A stretch of 64,000 nucleotides of DNA from Candidatus Omnitrophota bacterium (GTDB lineage: Bacteria; Omnitrophota; Gorgyraeia; Gygaellales; Profunditerraquicolaceae), in contig JAPLLV010000056.1 of the NCBI GenBank assembly GCA_026387405.1, positions 25,765 to 89,764 of the forward strand. The letters run 5' to 3'. How positions within the stretch are numbered: position 1 is the first letter of the stretch; each line of letters starts with the position of its first letter. The notes beneath the pieces are model-generated. The model made no database searches. It saw only the letters and a list, made by a program, of their open reading frames with translations, and was not told the origin of the DNA. Below, in pieces: positions 1 to 8,804 of this stretch. Both the position numbers and the translations under genes were made by a program.

Positions 1-19
1 TGAAATCCTCTCGCCGCCA
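1..19 (+). tRNA. 3' end of a tRNA, truncated by the window edge; identity uncertain (GGCGGCG acceptor stem, possibly Met)
   Basis: TGAAAT-CCTCT-CGCCGCC-A fits T-loop, T-stem 3' strand, acceptor 3' strand and discriminator. Confidence 0.5.
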
Positions 20-28
20 TTTAATTAG

Positions 29-68
29 TATTCTTCGAGCGAGCGAACGCAGTGAGCGAGTCGAGAAG
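29..68. repeat. Palindromic repeat family R1, short unit, upstream of the GIY-YIG gene
   Basis: TATTCTTCGAGCGAGCG...GCGAGTCGAGAAG; the same ends occur inside copies at 5991, 30668, 48678 and 63131. Confidence 0.75.
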
Positions 69-77
69 ACAAAAATA

Positions 78-350
78 ATGAGAGAAGGCTGAAAATGGTT
101 CGTTTACATCATCGAATGTAAAGATAGTACTTATTATACAGGGCTTACCTGGAAGCCAAAACTTAGGTATGAACAGCATGAGTCGGGATTAGGGGGTAAA
201 TATACTGCAGTACATGGCGTAAAGCGAATTGTCTATATCGAAGGACACACAGATCTGGAAACAGCAAGAAGCAGAGAAAGACAAATTAAAGATTGGAACC
301 AGGATAAGAAAAAGAAACTGATAAGCGGTGCTTGGAAAAAAGAGTGGTAA
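78..350 (+). pseudogene. GIY-YIG nuclease (YhbQ/UPF0213-like) with an in-frame TGA at codon 5
   Basis: Manual translation: MREG*KWFVYIIECKDSTYYTGLTWKPKLRYEQHESGLGGKYT...ARSRERQIKDWNQDKKKKLI; VYI/YTG motifs, R..QH and E.QIK.W; TGA at 90-92; absent from the ORF track. Confidence 0.85.
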
Positions 351-355
351 GCGTT

Positions 356-428
356 GTTCTCGACTCGATAAAAAATCTTCTTTGAATGAAATCGAGAAGA
401 AGATTTTTTACCTCGCTCGAACAATAAC
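356..428. repeat. Palindromic repeat family R1, long unit, downstream of the GIY-YIG gene
   Basis: GTTCTCGACTCG...CTCGCTCGAACAATAAC. Confidence 0.8.
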
Positions 429-476
429 TACTGGCCAGAGGTTTTACCGCTAAAAAGTTTATAGGGGTACTCAACT

Positions 477-845
477 ATGAAAAAAATATTGATCGCGGAT
501 GACGAAGTAGACGCGTTAAAATTCCTAGAAAAAAGATTAAAGCTTGAAAAATACGGCGTGACGGCAGTCAATAATAGCGGGGATGTTATCAAATTGGCCA
601 AATCCGACAAGCCGGATCTGTTTATTTTGGATATTGCCATGCCTGGTATGGACGGTTACGCGCTGGCGGCAACCATGAGAAAAGATAGCGAGCTTAAAAA
701 TATCCCTGTCATCTTTATCACCGGCAAGGAATTCGTTCCTAAGGCCATGGAAGAGATAACCCGGGATGCCGGAGCCTATGATTACATTATGAAGCCTTGC
801 AGCTTTGAAGAAATATTAAGTAAAGTACAGACGGTTTTAGGCTAA
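477..845 (+). CDS. Single-domain response regulator (CheY-like receiver)
   Basis: KKILIADDE, LFILDIAMPGMDG, FITG and KP motifs. Confidence 0.92.
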   Translation: MKKILIADDEVDALKFLEKRLKLEKYGVTAVNNSGDVIKLAKSDKPDLFILDIAMPGMDGYALAATMRKDSELKNIPVIFITGKEFVPKAMEEITRDAGAYDYIMKPCSFEEILSKVQTVLG

Positions 846-880
846 ACCTACCAAGCTACACCCGGATTTTCAATTTCACG

Positions 881-1837
881 ATGCTCCTGGACCAGATCAG
901 AAAAACCATAAAGAACCAGGGACTCCTCGACAAAAACGATACCGTGCTCATCGGGGTTTCCGGCGGCCCGGATTCGGTAGCGCTTCTCTATATCCTAAAT
1001 ATCCTCAAGGAAGAATACCGGCTTAAACTGCACATCGCGCATCTAGACCACGCGCTTAGACCAGCTTCTTCCCGGGACAAAGAATTTGTAATAAGCCTGG
1101 CAAAAAAATTTAATATACCGGTTACCGCTGCCCGGGTAAAACTGCCAAAAGGCGGTTCGCTGGAAGAAGTTGCCAGACAGGCACGGATCGATTTCTTTTT
1201 AAAGGTAGCGAAAAAAATCAAGGCGAAAAAATTAGCGCTGGGGCATAACCGCGACGACCAGGCGGAAACAGTCCTCATGCGCATCTTAAGAGGTACGGGG
1301 CTCTATGGGCTGGCGGGAATACTTCCCAAACGTAAGATCTTTGGGCTTACAGTAATCCGTCCGCTGATTGCAACCCCGCGCAAGAAGATAGAACTGTTCC
1401 TGAAGACGAAAAGGATCAAGACACGCCTGGATGAGACTAACTTAAGGAACATATATTTTCGCAATAAAATACGTAATACCCTGCTGCCGCTGTTAGAAAA
1501 GAACTACAACAAGAATATTAAGGAGGCCTTATGCAATATAGCGGAGAGCGCGGGTTTTGACTACGATTATCTTAATGCCGTTGCGCTTCAACGACAAGAA
1601 CAATTCGGACAAAAGCTTAAGATAAAAGAGCTTATTGCCCTGCATCCGGCTATCCGCAGGCTAATATTACGCTTACGCATTGCCAGCTTCGCGGGAGATA
1701 CCCGGCGCCTGACTTTCAAGCATATCCGCGAAATCGAGGACCTGCTTTACTGCCGGCCTGCCAATTCCATTGTTGACCTGCCTAAGGGAATTTCTGCGGC
1801 AAAAAGGAAAAATTACCTCTCTATTTACAAACGCTAG
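881..1837 (+). CDS. tilS: tRNA(Ile)-lysidine synthetase
   Basis: SGGPDS PP-loop, HNRDDQAET, IRPL, RNKIR; upstream of ftsH. Confidence 0.95.
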   Translation: MLLDQIRKTIKNQGLLDKNDTVLIGVSGGPDSVALLYILNILKEEYRLKLHIAHLDHALRPASSRDKEFVISLAKKFNIPVTAARVKLPKGGSLEEVARQARIDFFLKVAKKIKAKKLALGHNRDDQAETVLMRILRGTGLYGLAGILPKRKIFGLTVIRPLIATPRKKIELFLKTKRIKTRLDETNLRNIYFRNKIRNTLLPLLEKNYNKNIKEALCNIAESAGFDYDYLNAVALQRQEQFGQKLKIKELIALHPAIRRLILRLRIASFAGDTRRLTFKHIREIEDLLYCRPANSIVDLPKGISAAKRKNYLSIYKR

Positions 1838-1855
1838 GCACCACACCATAAAAGA

Positions 1856-1899
1856 CACCTTTGCCTATTGGAAGGCAAAGTGCGCCGCTTTCTGCGGCG
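1856..1899 (+). repeat. Two-hairpin element family R2, single unit
   Basis: CAC(C)TTTGCC-TATTGGAA-GGCAAAGTG followed by CGCCGC-TTTCT-GCGGCG. Confidence 0.65.
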
Positions 1900-1986
1900 A
1901 TAGTTCAAAAATACTTGATTTTATAAGGGGTTAAGATATAATAAGATTCTTATTTTGGGCTCTGGAAAATAATCGAAAGGAAAAAT

Positions 1987-3840
1987 ATGGCTAAGCAGAA
2001 CGGTAAAAAAATTACAAAATCTAATTTTCTAAAGCGCTTCCCTGTCGGGTGGCTGCTATTACTTTTGCTGTTTTATTTGTTCCTGGGGTCATTATCTACA
2101 TCCGGCACGCAGCAAGAGTTAAAATACAGCGATTTCTACGGCATCCTGAAGAACAACCCCGAAAAGATAAAATCTGTCACTAAGATAGACAGTAAATTGC
2201 AGGGGGAAATGACCGACAATAGCAAGTTTTATGTGTATATCCCCGACAACGACCAACAGCTGCTTATTCTCATTCAGCAAAACCTCAAGAATTTTAACGT
2301 CAAGCCCCCGTCATTTTGGGGGAGTCTGATCTTTCAACTAAGCGGGGTCATCCTGTTTATTGTGTTCTGGTGGCTGATGATGAACCGCGGTGAGCAACTA
2401 GGCAACCGCATCATGACCTTCGGCAAAGTCAAGACCAAACTCAACAGCGAAAAGGAATCGGAAAAGGCAACCTTCAACGACGTAGCCGGGGTGGATGAAG
2501 CCAAGGAAGAACTAAAAGAGGTCATCGAGTTCCTGAAGGACCCCAAGAAATTCCAGAGGTTAGGCGGCAAGATCCCTAAAGGCGTCCTCTTGGTGGGCCC
2601 GCCCGGATGCGGAAAGACCCTTATTGCCCGGGCAGTTGCCGGAGAGGCAGATGTGCCTTTTTTCAATATCTCGGGTTCGGACTTCGTAGAGATGTTCGTA
2701 GGCGTGGGCGCAAGCCGCGTACGCGACCTTTTTGAGCAGGGCAGGCGCGCTGCAAAAACCTCCGGTAAAGGAGCCATTATATTTATAGATGAAATAGACG
2801 CGGTGGGGCGGCTGCGTTTCTCAGGCATAGGGGGCGGGCACGATGAACGGGAACAGACCTTAAACCAGCTTCTAGTGGAAATGGACGGTTTTGATGCCGC
2901 GCAGGGATTGATCCTTATAGCCGCTACTAACCGGCCGGATACCCTGGACCCGGCACTGTTGCGGCCGGGGAGATTTGACCGGCATATCGTGGTTAACCTC
3001 CCTGATATCCTGGGAAGAGAAGAGATCCTAAGGGTGCATACCCGCAAATTAAAGCTTGCCGGGAACGTAGACCTTAAATCCCTGGCCTCGCAGACTCCGG
3101 GTTTTTCCGGGGCAGACCTGGCCAATCTCTGCAACGAAGCGGCGCTTTTGGCTGCCCGGAACAATAAAGACTCGATTGAACAGATTGATTTTGAAAAATC
3201 CGTGGAGCGCGTGCTTATGGGCCCGGAAAAGAAAAGCCACATCATGTCTAAGAAGGAAAAGGAGATCACGGCGCTGCATGAATCCGGACACTCCCTATTG
3301 TCGCTCCTCTTGCCGGATGTAAACCCGCTAAAGAAGGTTTCAATTATTCCCCGCGGGCTTGCCGGGGGATACACATTTACTCCTCCGGTGGAAGACCGCC
3401 ACTACTGGACCAAAAGCCAGCTGATCTCCGAGATTACCATGATGTTGGGCGGCCGGGCTTCCGAAGAAATAAACCTCAATGAAGTTACCACCGGCGCGCA
3501 GAATGACCTGGAAATGGCCACCGGCATGGCCCGGCGCATGGTCATGCAGTTCGGCATGTCTGAAAAACTGGGCCACATCACCCTGGGAAAAAGAGAGGGG
3601 CTGCTCTTCCTGGGCCGTGATATCATGGAAGAAAAGAATTATAGCGAAGAAACCGCCAGGGTTATTGATGAAGAGGTAAAAAATATAGTTGATACCGCCT
3701 ATCAAAGCGCTAAAACAATACTATCTCAGAATCTAGATAAGCTAAAGCTGCTCTCCAACGCGCTTTTGGAAAAAGAGGTCCTTGACGGCGAAGAAGCCAA
3801 GCGCATTATTGGGATAGAGAAGAAGGATGTTGTGATTTAG
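1987..3840 (+). CDS. ftsH: ATP-dependent zinc metalloprotease FtsH
   Basis: Two TM segments, [30 protein letters not shown]. Confidence 0.97.
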   Translation: MAKQNGKKITKSNFLKRFPVGWLLLLLLFYLFLGSLSTSGTQQELKYSDFYGILKNNPEKIKSVTKIDSKLQGEMTDNSKFYVYIPDNDQQLLILIQQNLKNFNVKPPSFWGSLIFQLSGVILFIVFWWLMMNRGEQLGNRIMTFGKVKTKLNSEKESEKATFNDVAGVDEAKEELKEVIEFLKDPKKFQRLGGKIPKGVLLVGPPGCGKTLIARAVAGEADVPFFNISGSDFVEMFVGVGASRVRDLFEQGRRAAKTSGKGAIIFIDEIDAVGRLRFSGIGGGHDEREQTLNQLLVEMDGFDAAQGLILIAATNRPDTLDPALLRPGRFDRHIVVNLPDILGREEILRVHTRKLKLAGNVDLKSLASQTPGFSGADLANLCNEAALLAARNNKDSIEQIDFEKSVERVLMGPEKKSHIMSKKEKEITALHESGHSLLSLLLPDVNPLKKVSIIPRGLAGGYTFTPPVEDRHYWTKSQLISEITMMLGGRASEEINLNEVTTGAQNDLEMATGMARRMVMQFGMSEKLGHITLGKREGLLFLGRDIMEEKNYSEETARVIDEEVKNIVDTAYQSAKTILSQNLDKLKLLSNALLEKEVLDGEEAKRIIGIEKKDVVI

Positions 3841-5055
3841 ATGATCCGGGTCCTGGAAATCTCCAATCAAGCAGAATTAAGCGGGATTTTGCGGGAGATC
3901 GGGGTCGATCCTTATGGCATAGGTATCATGCGCCTGAAAGGAATGACGCGCCTTATCCATATCAAAGCCCTATCCAATATAACCGCAAATATCCTTAAGC
4001 AAGAAATGCTCGCCCTCGGCGCAGATGCCGCAATTGCCCGCGGCTCATTGACCGGTAAAACCAAAAGAACCGGCTGTTTGCTGATGGCCAATGATGCGCA
4101 GCTGAACCGGCTAAATGCCAAACTCAAAAATCAACCCTTTGGGCTTGGGGATATCGGGAACCGGATACGAAATGCGCTTCTGAACTACGAAAAAGATAAT
4201 TTTCTAATAGATATCGGAAGGTATAAACTGGACCTGAGCAAGTCTACCCGCGTCATGGGAGTGGTAAATCTTACGCCGGACTCTTTTAGCGGTGACGGCC
4301 TTTATACGCCATATGCCATACGCCATATGCCATACGCCGATAGAATTGTGGAATTTGCGCAAAAATTGGTAGAAGATGGGGCTGATATAATTGACGTGGG
4401 AGGTGAATCTTCCCGCCCCGGAGCCAAACCTATATCAATAAAAGAAGAGTGTTCTCGGGTTATGCCGGCGATCAAGGTTATAGCTAAAAAAATAAAGATC
4501 CCTATCTCCATAGACACCTACAAACCCGAAGTTGCCGGGCGCGCGCTTCTAAATGGCGCGGGTTTAGTAAATGATATCTCGGGTTTAAGAGATCCGGCTA
4601 TGGTTAAAGTGGTTGCCCGCTATAAAGCGGCGGTGGTGATCATGCATATGAAAGGCAAACCCTCTAATATGCAGAAAAAACCTGTTTATGAATCCCTGAT
4701 TTTTGAGATCATGGAATTCCTGGAAAATGCGATAGCCAATGCCGTATCGTGCGGCATAACCAGGGATAAGATCATTGTCGATCCGGGGATCGGCTTTGGG
4801 AAAACCCTAAGAGATAACCTGGAAATATTAAAGAACCTGCAAAGCCTTAAGACCCTGGGCAGGCCCATATTGGTCGGGCCGTCCAGAAAATCCTTTATCG
4901 GTAAAATATTGCGCAGCGGGCCTCAAGATAGGATGCCGGGCACGTTATCTGCCTGCGTATTGGCGGCTAAAAACGGTGCCAGGATCCTGCGGGCGCACGA
5001 TGTAAAAGAAGTAAAGCAGGCATTAAAGATCCTGGACGCGGTATCTGGAGCCTAA
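3841..5055 (+). CDS. folP: Dihydropteroate synthase with a ~130-aa N-terminal extension
   Basis: MGVVNLTPDSFSGDG, DVGGESSRPG, DPGIGFGK, SRKSF, RAHDV. Confidence 0.93.
   Translation: MIRVLEISNQAELSGILREIGVDPYGIGIMRLKGMTRLIHIKALSNITANILKQEMLALGADAAIARGSLTGKTKRTGCLLMANDAQLNRLNAKLKNQPFGLGDIGNRIRNALLNYEKDNFLIDIGRYKLDLSKSTRVMGVVNLTPDSFSGDGLYTPYAIRHMPYADRIVEFAQKLVEDGADIIDVGGESSRPGAKPISIKEECSRVMPAIKVIAKKIKIPISIDTYKPEVAGRALLNGAGLVNDISGLRDPAMVKVVARYKAAVVIMHMKGKPSNMQKKPVYESLIFEIMEFLENAIANAVSCGITRDKIIVDPGIGFGKTLRDNLEILKNLQSLKTLGRPILVGPSRKSFIGKILRSGPQDRMPGTLSACVLAAKNGARILRAHDVKEVKQALKILDAVSGA
4304..4338. repeat. Heptamer tandem repeat (ATAYGCC)x5 within folP
   Basis: ATACGCC ATATGCC ATACGCC ATATGCC ATACGCC, encoding YTPYAIRHMPYA. 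Confidence 0.85.
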
Positions 5056-5080
5056 ATCAACCTGCTATAAAAAGGGACGA

Positions 5081-5845
5081 ATGATAGTTTTTTTATTTCT
5101 CTGGAGTCCGATTTTCGAAGTATTGTCCCTCTTGTTTGTGATCTACCATATTATGCTGTTTTTCGAAGGCAGCGGTACCATACAGCTTTTGCGCGGGATC
5201 GTATTCTTGCTATTCGCTTTTTATCTATTCCAGAAACTGGATTTTATGGTCCTGGACTGGCTGATGACAAAATTACTCGCGGTTTCTGTCCTGGCGATCC
5301 TGATCATCTTTAATCCTGAGATACGCCAGGGGCTGGCGCGATTGGGGCAGAAGCATGTATTCATCACGCCCTTAAAAGAAGAAGAGATCGATGTGATGTT
5401 CCACGAAATCATCAAATCCATGGAGAATTTATCCAAAGAAAAGTTCGGGGCGATGATCGCGGTAGAAAAGAACGATTCTCTATCAGGCTATACAAAAAGC
5501 GGAGAGGCTGTCGACGGAAGGCTCTCCTGCGACCTTTTACAGGCCATATTTACCCCCAATAACCCTTTGCATGACGGAAGCGTAATCATTCAGCAAGGCA
5601 GGATCGCGGCAGCCGCCTGCATCTTCCCGATCTCCCAGAAACAAGACCTGAGCCGCATATTCGGCATGCGCCACCGCGCCGCGTTAGGCCTGAGCGAAGA
5701 AACCGACGCCTTGATCTTTATAGTATCGGAGGAAAGACAGGATATATCGCTGGTTTACCGGGGCAGGCTGTATAAAGACCTATCCGATGAAGAGCTTTTT
5801 GCAAAGGCCAAGGATATCATGCTTAAAGAGAGGGCCCATGCTTAA
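5081..5845 (+). CDS. cdaA: Diadenylate cyclase CdaA/DacA
   Basis: Three N-terminal TM helices, PEIR, PLHDG, GMRHRAALGLSE, SEER. Confidence 0.92.
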   Translation: MIVFLFLWSPIFEVLSLLFVIYHIMLFFEGSGTIQLLRGIVFLLFAFYLFQKLDFMVLDWLMTKLLAVSVLAILIIFNPEIRQGLARLGQKHVFITPLKEEEIDVMFHEIIKSMENLSKEKFGAMIAVEKNDSLSGYTKSGEAVDGRLSCDLLQAIFTPNNPLHDGSVIIQQGRIAAAACIFPISQKQDLSRIFGMRHRAALGLSEETDALIFIVSEERQDISLVYRGRLYKDLSDEELFAKAKDIMLKERAHA

Positions 5846-5975
5846 GAAAAAGGTCAGCTTAGGATACCGGATCAACCACTGGTTCACTTATCACCCCTGG
5901 CTTAAGTTATTTGCTCTTATCCTGGCAATTTTAGTCTGGTTTTACGTCAGGGAAGAGATAAACAGGTTTAACTGA
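5838..5975 (+). CDS. Small membrane protein resembling the N-terminal anchor of CdaR/YbbR
   Basis: LKLFALILAILVWFYV; overlaps the cdaA stop at the usual cdaR position. Confidence 0.6.
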   Translation: MLKKKVSLGYRINHWFTYHPWLKLFALILAILVWFYVREEINRFN

Positions 5976-5990
5976 AAAGAAACTTAAATC

Positions 5991-6060
5991 TTATTCGAGC
6001 GAGGCAAAACTTTTATCTTCTCGACAAGCTCGAAGCATAAAAGTTTTGCCGAGTCGAGAA
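5991..6060. repeat. Palindromic repeat family R1 (reverse orientation)
   Basis: TTCGAGCGAGGCAAAACTTTTAT-CTTCTCGACAAGCTCGAAG-CATAAAAGTTTTGCCGAGTCGAGAA. Confidence 0.85.
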
Positions 6061-6069
6061 TATTTACAC

Positions 6070-6780
6070 ATGGAACTGGGTATAAATATCGACCATATAG
6101 CAACCTTAAGGCAGCTGCGGCTGGGCACAGAGCCTGAACCGGCATTTGCCGCTTTAGTCGCGCAGTCAGCGGGCGCGGATTCCATTGTCGCGCACCTCAG
6201 AGAAGACCGCAGGCATATCAACGAAAGGGATATCGAGATATTAAAAGAGGTGGTGCGGGTTAAATTCAACCTTGAGATGTCCATTGCAAAAGACATAGTG
6301 GAGATCGCCTGCTGTTTAAAACCGGACCAGGCGACTTTGGTCCCGGAAAAACGAAAAGAACTCACCACCGAGGGCGGACTGGACGTTATCGGAAACTTAA
6401 ATACTCTAAAAACAGTTAAAAACAGGTTAGAAAAACAGGGTATCGCGCTTAGCCTTTTTATTGATCCTGACAAGAAACAAATTGGTGCCGCCAAGATCTT
6501 AGGCGTAAAAATGATCGAATTACATACCGGCCGTTACGCGGATGCCAAAACCGCGCAAGACCAGAAAAAATATTTTAGGGAACTAGTGTCGGCGGTAACC
6601 TGCGCCAAAAATAAGGGCCTGCGCGTTTTTGCCGGACACGGCCTGAATTATTACAATGTATCCCGAGTGGCAAAGATAAAAGGCATAGAAGAATTGAATA
6701 TAGGTTATTCCATAATCTGCCGCGCGGCATTAGTAGGATTAGAACGCGCGGTTAAAGAGATGAAGGCTTTAATCAGTTAA
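6070..6780 (+). CDS. pdxJ: Pyridoxine 5'-phosphate synthase
   Basis: LGINIDHIATLRQ, HLREDRRHI, ELHTG, AGHGL; start placed at ATG 6070. Confidence 0.96.
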   Translation: MELGINIDHIATLRQLRLGTEPEPAFAALVAQSAGADSIVAHLREDRRHINERDIEILKEVVRVKFNLEMSIAKDIVEIACCLKPDQATLVPEKRKELTTEGGLDVIGNLNTLKTVKNRLEKQGIALSLFIDPDKKQIGAAKILGVKMIELHTGRYADAKTAQDQKKYFRELVSAVTCAKNKGLRVFAGHGLNYYNVSRVAKIKGIEELNIGYSIICRAALVGLERAVKEMKALIS

Positions 6781-6796
6781 ATAATGGTTATTCCAG

Positions 6797-6837
6797 CTCC
6801 AGACCCGCGGTGGAAAAACTCCACCGCGGGTCTGGAG
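6797..6837. repeat. Palindromic repeat family R3
   Basis: CTCCAGACCCGCGGTGGA-N5-TCCACCGCGGGTCTGGAG; second copy at 12504-12547. Confidence 0.8.
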
Positions 6838-6865
6838 GGAAAAAATGAAAACATTGATCGGATAA

Positions 6866-7225
6866 ATGGCTATTATTGGAACCGGAGTAGACATCACTGA
6901 AGTCAGGCGCCTGCGGCAGGCAATAGAAAAATGGGGAGACGAATTCCTGAATAAAGTATTTACTTCCGCGGAGATAAAAAACGCCAAAAACCGCAGCAGT
7001 TTTTACCAACACCTGGCCGGGAGATTCGCAGCAAAAGAAGCAATATTCAAGGCCCTGGGAGATAAATCCATTACCTGGAAGGATGTCGAGATATTAAACG
7101 ACAAGGAAGGCCGGCCTTACTGCAGGATATTAAACGGCAAATCAAACAAGGTAACGGTGTGCGTCTCTATATCCCACGTAAAAAGCTATGCGGTTGCCAA
7201 TGCGGTTATTACGGAGAAAGAATAA
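6866..7225 (+). CDS. acpS: Holo-[acyl-carrier-protein] synthase
   Basis: GTGVDI, RFAAKEAIFKALG, GRP, VSISH. Confidence 0.95.
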   Translation: MAIIGTGVDITEVRRLRQAIEKWGDEFLNKVFTSAEIKNAKNRSSFYQHLAGRFAAKEAIFKALGDKSITWKDVEILNDKEGRPYCRILNGKSNKVTVCVSISHVKSYAVANAVITEKE

Positions 7226-8051
7226 CTCCCACAAGGGAGATTTCGGCCATGTTTTTATAGTGGCGGGTTCGGCCCGTTACTCCGGTGCGGGGGCTCTATG
7301 CTCAGAAGCAGCCATTCGTTCGGGAGCAGGATTAGTAACCTTAGGCATTCCTAAAAGCCTGAATAACGCAATGATAAAGATCAAACCTAAGGAGGTAATG
7401 ACCTTACCGCTGCCGGAAACCAAGCAAGCAACCTTAAGCATAAGGGCGTTTAAAAAGATAAAGGATTTTAGTAACAATATAGATATTCTAGCTATCGGAC
7501 CTGGTCTTTCTCAAAATAACTCAACTCAATCTTTAGTGCGTAAAATTGTGGCGAAAATTGATAAACCGATGGTTATCGATGCCGACGGCCTAAATGCTTT
7601 AGCCGGCCATCTCGGTTTTCTACTAACGACTAACGACCAACGACCAGCGACTATATTAACCCCGCATCCTGGAGAAATGGCGCGGCTATTGGGAACAACT
7701 ATAAAAAAAGTACAGTCGTGTAGAAATGAGACTGCCGTCAGATTTGCCAGAGACTACGATTGCACAGTAGTCTTAAAAGGACACCATACTGTAGTAGCTG
7801 ATTACCGGGGAAATTCATATGTCAACAATACCGGCAACCCAGGGATGGCTACTGCCGGCAGCGGAGACGTATTAACAGGGATGATAGCGGCATTCTTGGC
7901 GCAAGGAATAGAAAGCTATAGCGCGGCAAAATATGCTGTATATCTGCACGGATTAGCTGGCGACTTAGCCGCGGAAGAAAAGACACAAATTTCCTTGATT
8001 GCTTCGGATATTATTGCTAAAATCCCTGAAGCGATAAAGAAAAGCAGTTAG
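7188..8051 (+). CDS. nnrD: ADP-dependent NAD(P)H-hydrate dehydratase (YjeF C-terminal domain)
   Basis: HKGDFG, GAGLV, IGPGL, IDADGL, LTPHPGE, GSGDVL. Confidence 0.92.
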   Translation: MRLPMRLLRRKNNSHKGDFGHVFIVAGSARYSGAGALCSEAAIRSGAGLVTLGIPKSLNNAMIKIKPKEVMTLPLPETKQATLSIRAFKKIKDFSNNIDILAIGPGLSQNNSTQSLVRKIVAKIDKPMVIDADGLNALAGHLGFLLTTNDQRPATILTPHPGEMARLLGTTIKKVQSCRNETAVRFARDYDCTVVLKGHHTVVADYRGNSYVNNTGNPGMATAGSGDVLTGMIAAFLAQGIESYSAAKYAVYLHGLAGDLAAEEKTQISLIASDIIAKIPEAIKKSS

Positions 8052-8052
8052 C

Positions 8053-8128
8053 GCCGGCGTAGCTCAGTCGGTAGAGCGTCTGTTTTGTAAACAGATGGTC
8101 GGGGGTTCGATTCCTCTCGCCGGCTCCA
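8053..8128 (+). tRNA. tRNA-Thr(TGT)
   Basis: GCCGGCG acceptor stem, anticodon arm TCTGT-TTTGTAA-ACAGA, GGTTCGATTCC, encoded CCA. Confidence 0.95.
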
Positions 8129-8138
8129 CTAAAAAAGA

Positions 8139-8804
8139 ATGATTTCAGTAAATCAACAAACGATTAAAAATTTATATTGGGAAAAGGGCTATACTGTGCC
8201 GGATATCGCGAAACGGATTAATATTTCTTCATGGGCACTTTATAATTTTATGGATAGACATAAGATTGGACGGCGCGATCGTTCACAGACAAGCTTTCTT
8301 TTGAGCCGTAATAAACCCCGGTTTATAATAAACAACACTCTTACAGCTTCGCAGGAAAAGCTAAAGATTGCAGGAGTAATGTTATACTGGGCAGAGGGCA
8401 CTTTATTGCATAACACTGTGGATTTTACTAATTCCAATTCAAATATGGTTAGGTTGTTCTTGAAATTCTTAAGGGAAATTTGTGGAATAAGCGAAAAGAG
8501 ATTACGTGTTTATCTTTATTGTTATTCCTATCAGAAGGTAGAAGACCTATTGAACTACTGGCACAAAGTTACGGGAATTCCGTTATCTCAATTTACAAAA
8601 CCATACATAAGAGAAGGAAACATTAATTCTAGCTTAAGAAAATTACCATACGGATTAATTCATGTAAGGTATAATGATAAACAATTGCTTGAGATAATCA
8701 AACAATGGATTGATGAGTATATAGTTTGGACAGGTACCCAAGTGGCCAAAGGGGGCAGACTGTGTAAACGCAGCGTCTTGCCGAAAGGCAGGATGGAAAA
8801 GTAG
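8139..8804 (+). CDS. Putative free-standing HTH + LAGLIDADG-like endonuclease overlapping the tRNA-Tyr 5' exon and intron
   Basis: N-terminal HTH-like (LYWEKGYTVPDIAKRINIS), AGVMLYWAEG helix, VDFTNSN, FLKFL, YWHKVTGIP, YG..HVRY; AT-rich. Confidence 0.65.
   Translation: MISVNQQTIKNLYWEKGYTVPDIAKRINISSWALYNFMDRHKIGRRDRSQTSFLLSRNKPRFIINNTLTASQEKLKIAGVMLYWAEGTLLHNTVDFTNSNSNMVRLFLKFLREICGISEKRLRVYLYCYSYQKVEDLLNYWHKVTGIPLSQFTKPYIREGNINSSLRKLPYGLIHVRYNDKQLLEIIKQWIDEYIVWTGTQVAKGGRLCKRSVLPKGRMEK

Noticed and set aside
90-92. In-frame TGA in the GIY-YIG gene as a sign of stop-codon reassignment or selenocysteine
   Set aside because: TGA terminates apgM, lysC, polX and others here, and no conserved gene in the window has an internal TGA; a nonsense mutation or sequencing error is simpler
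2334-3374. Long minus-strand ORFs (also 16970-17671, 25159-25833, 28190-28867, 51585-52406 and others)
   Set aside because: All lie antisense to well-conserved genes and have no recognisable motifs
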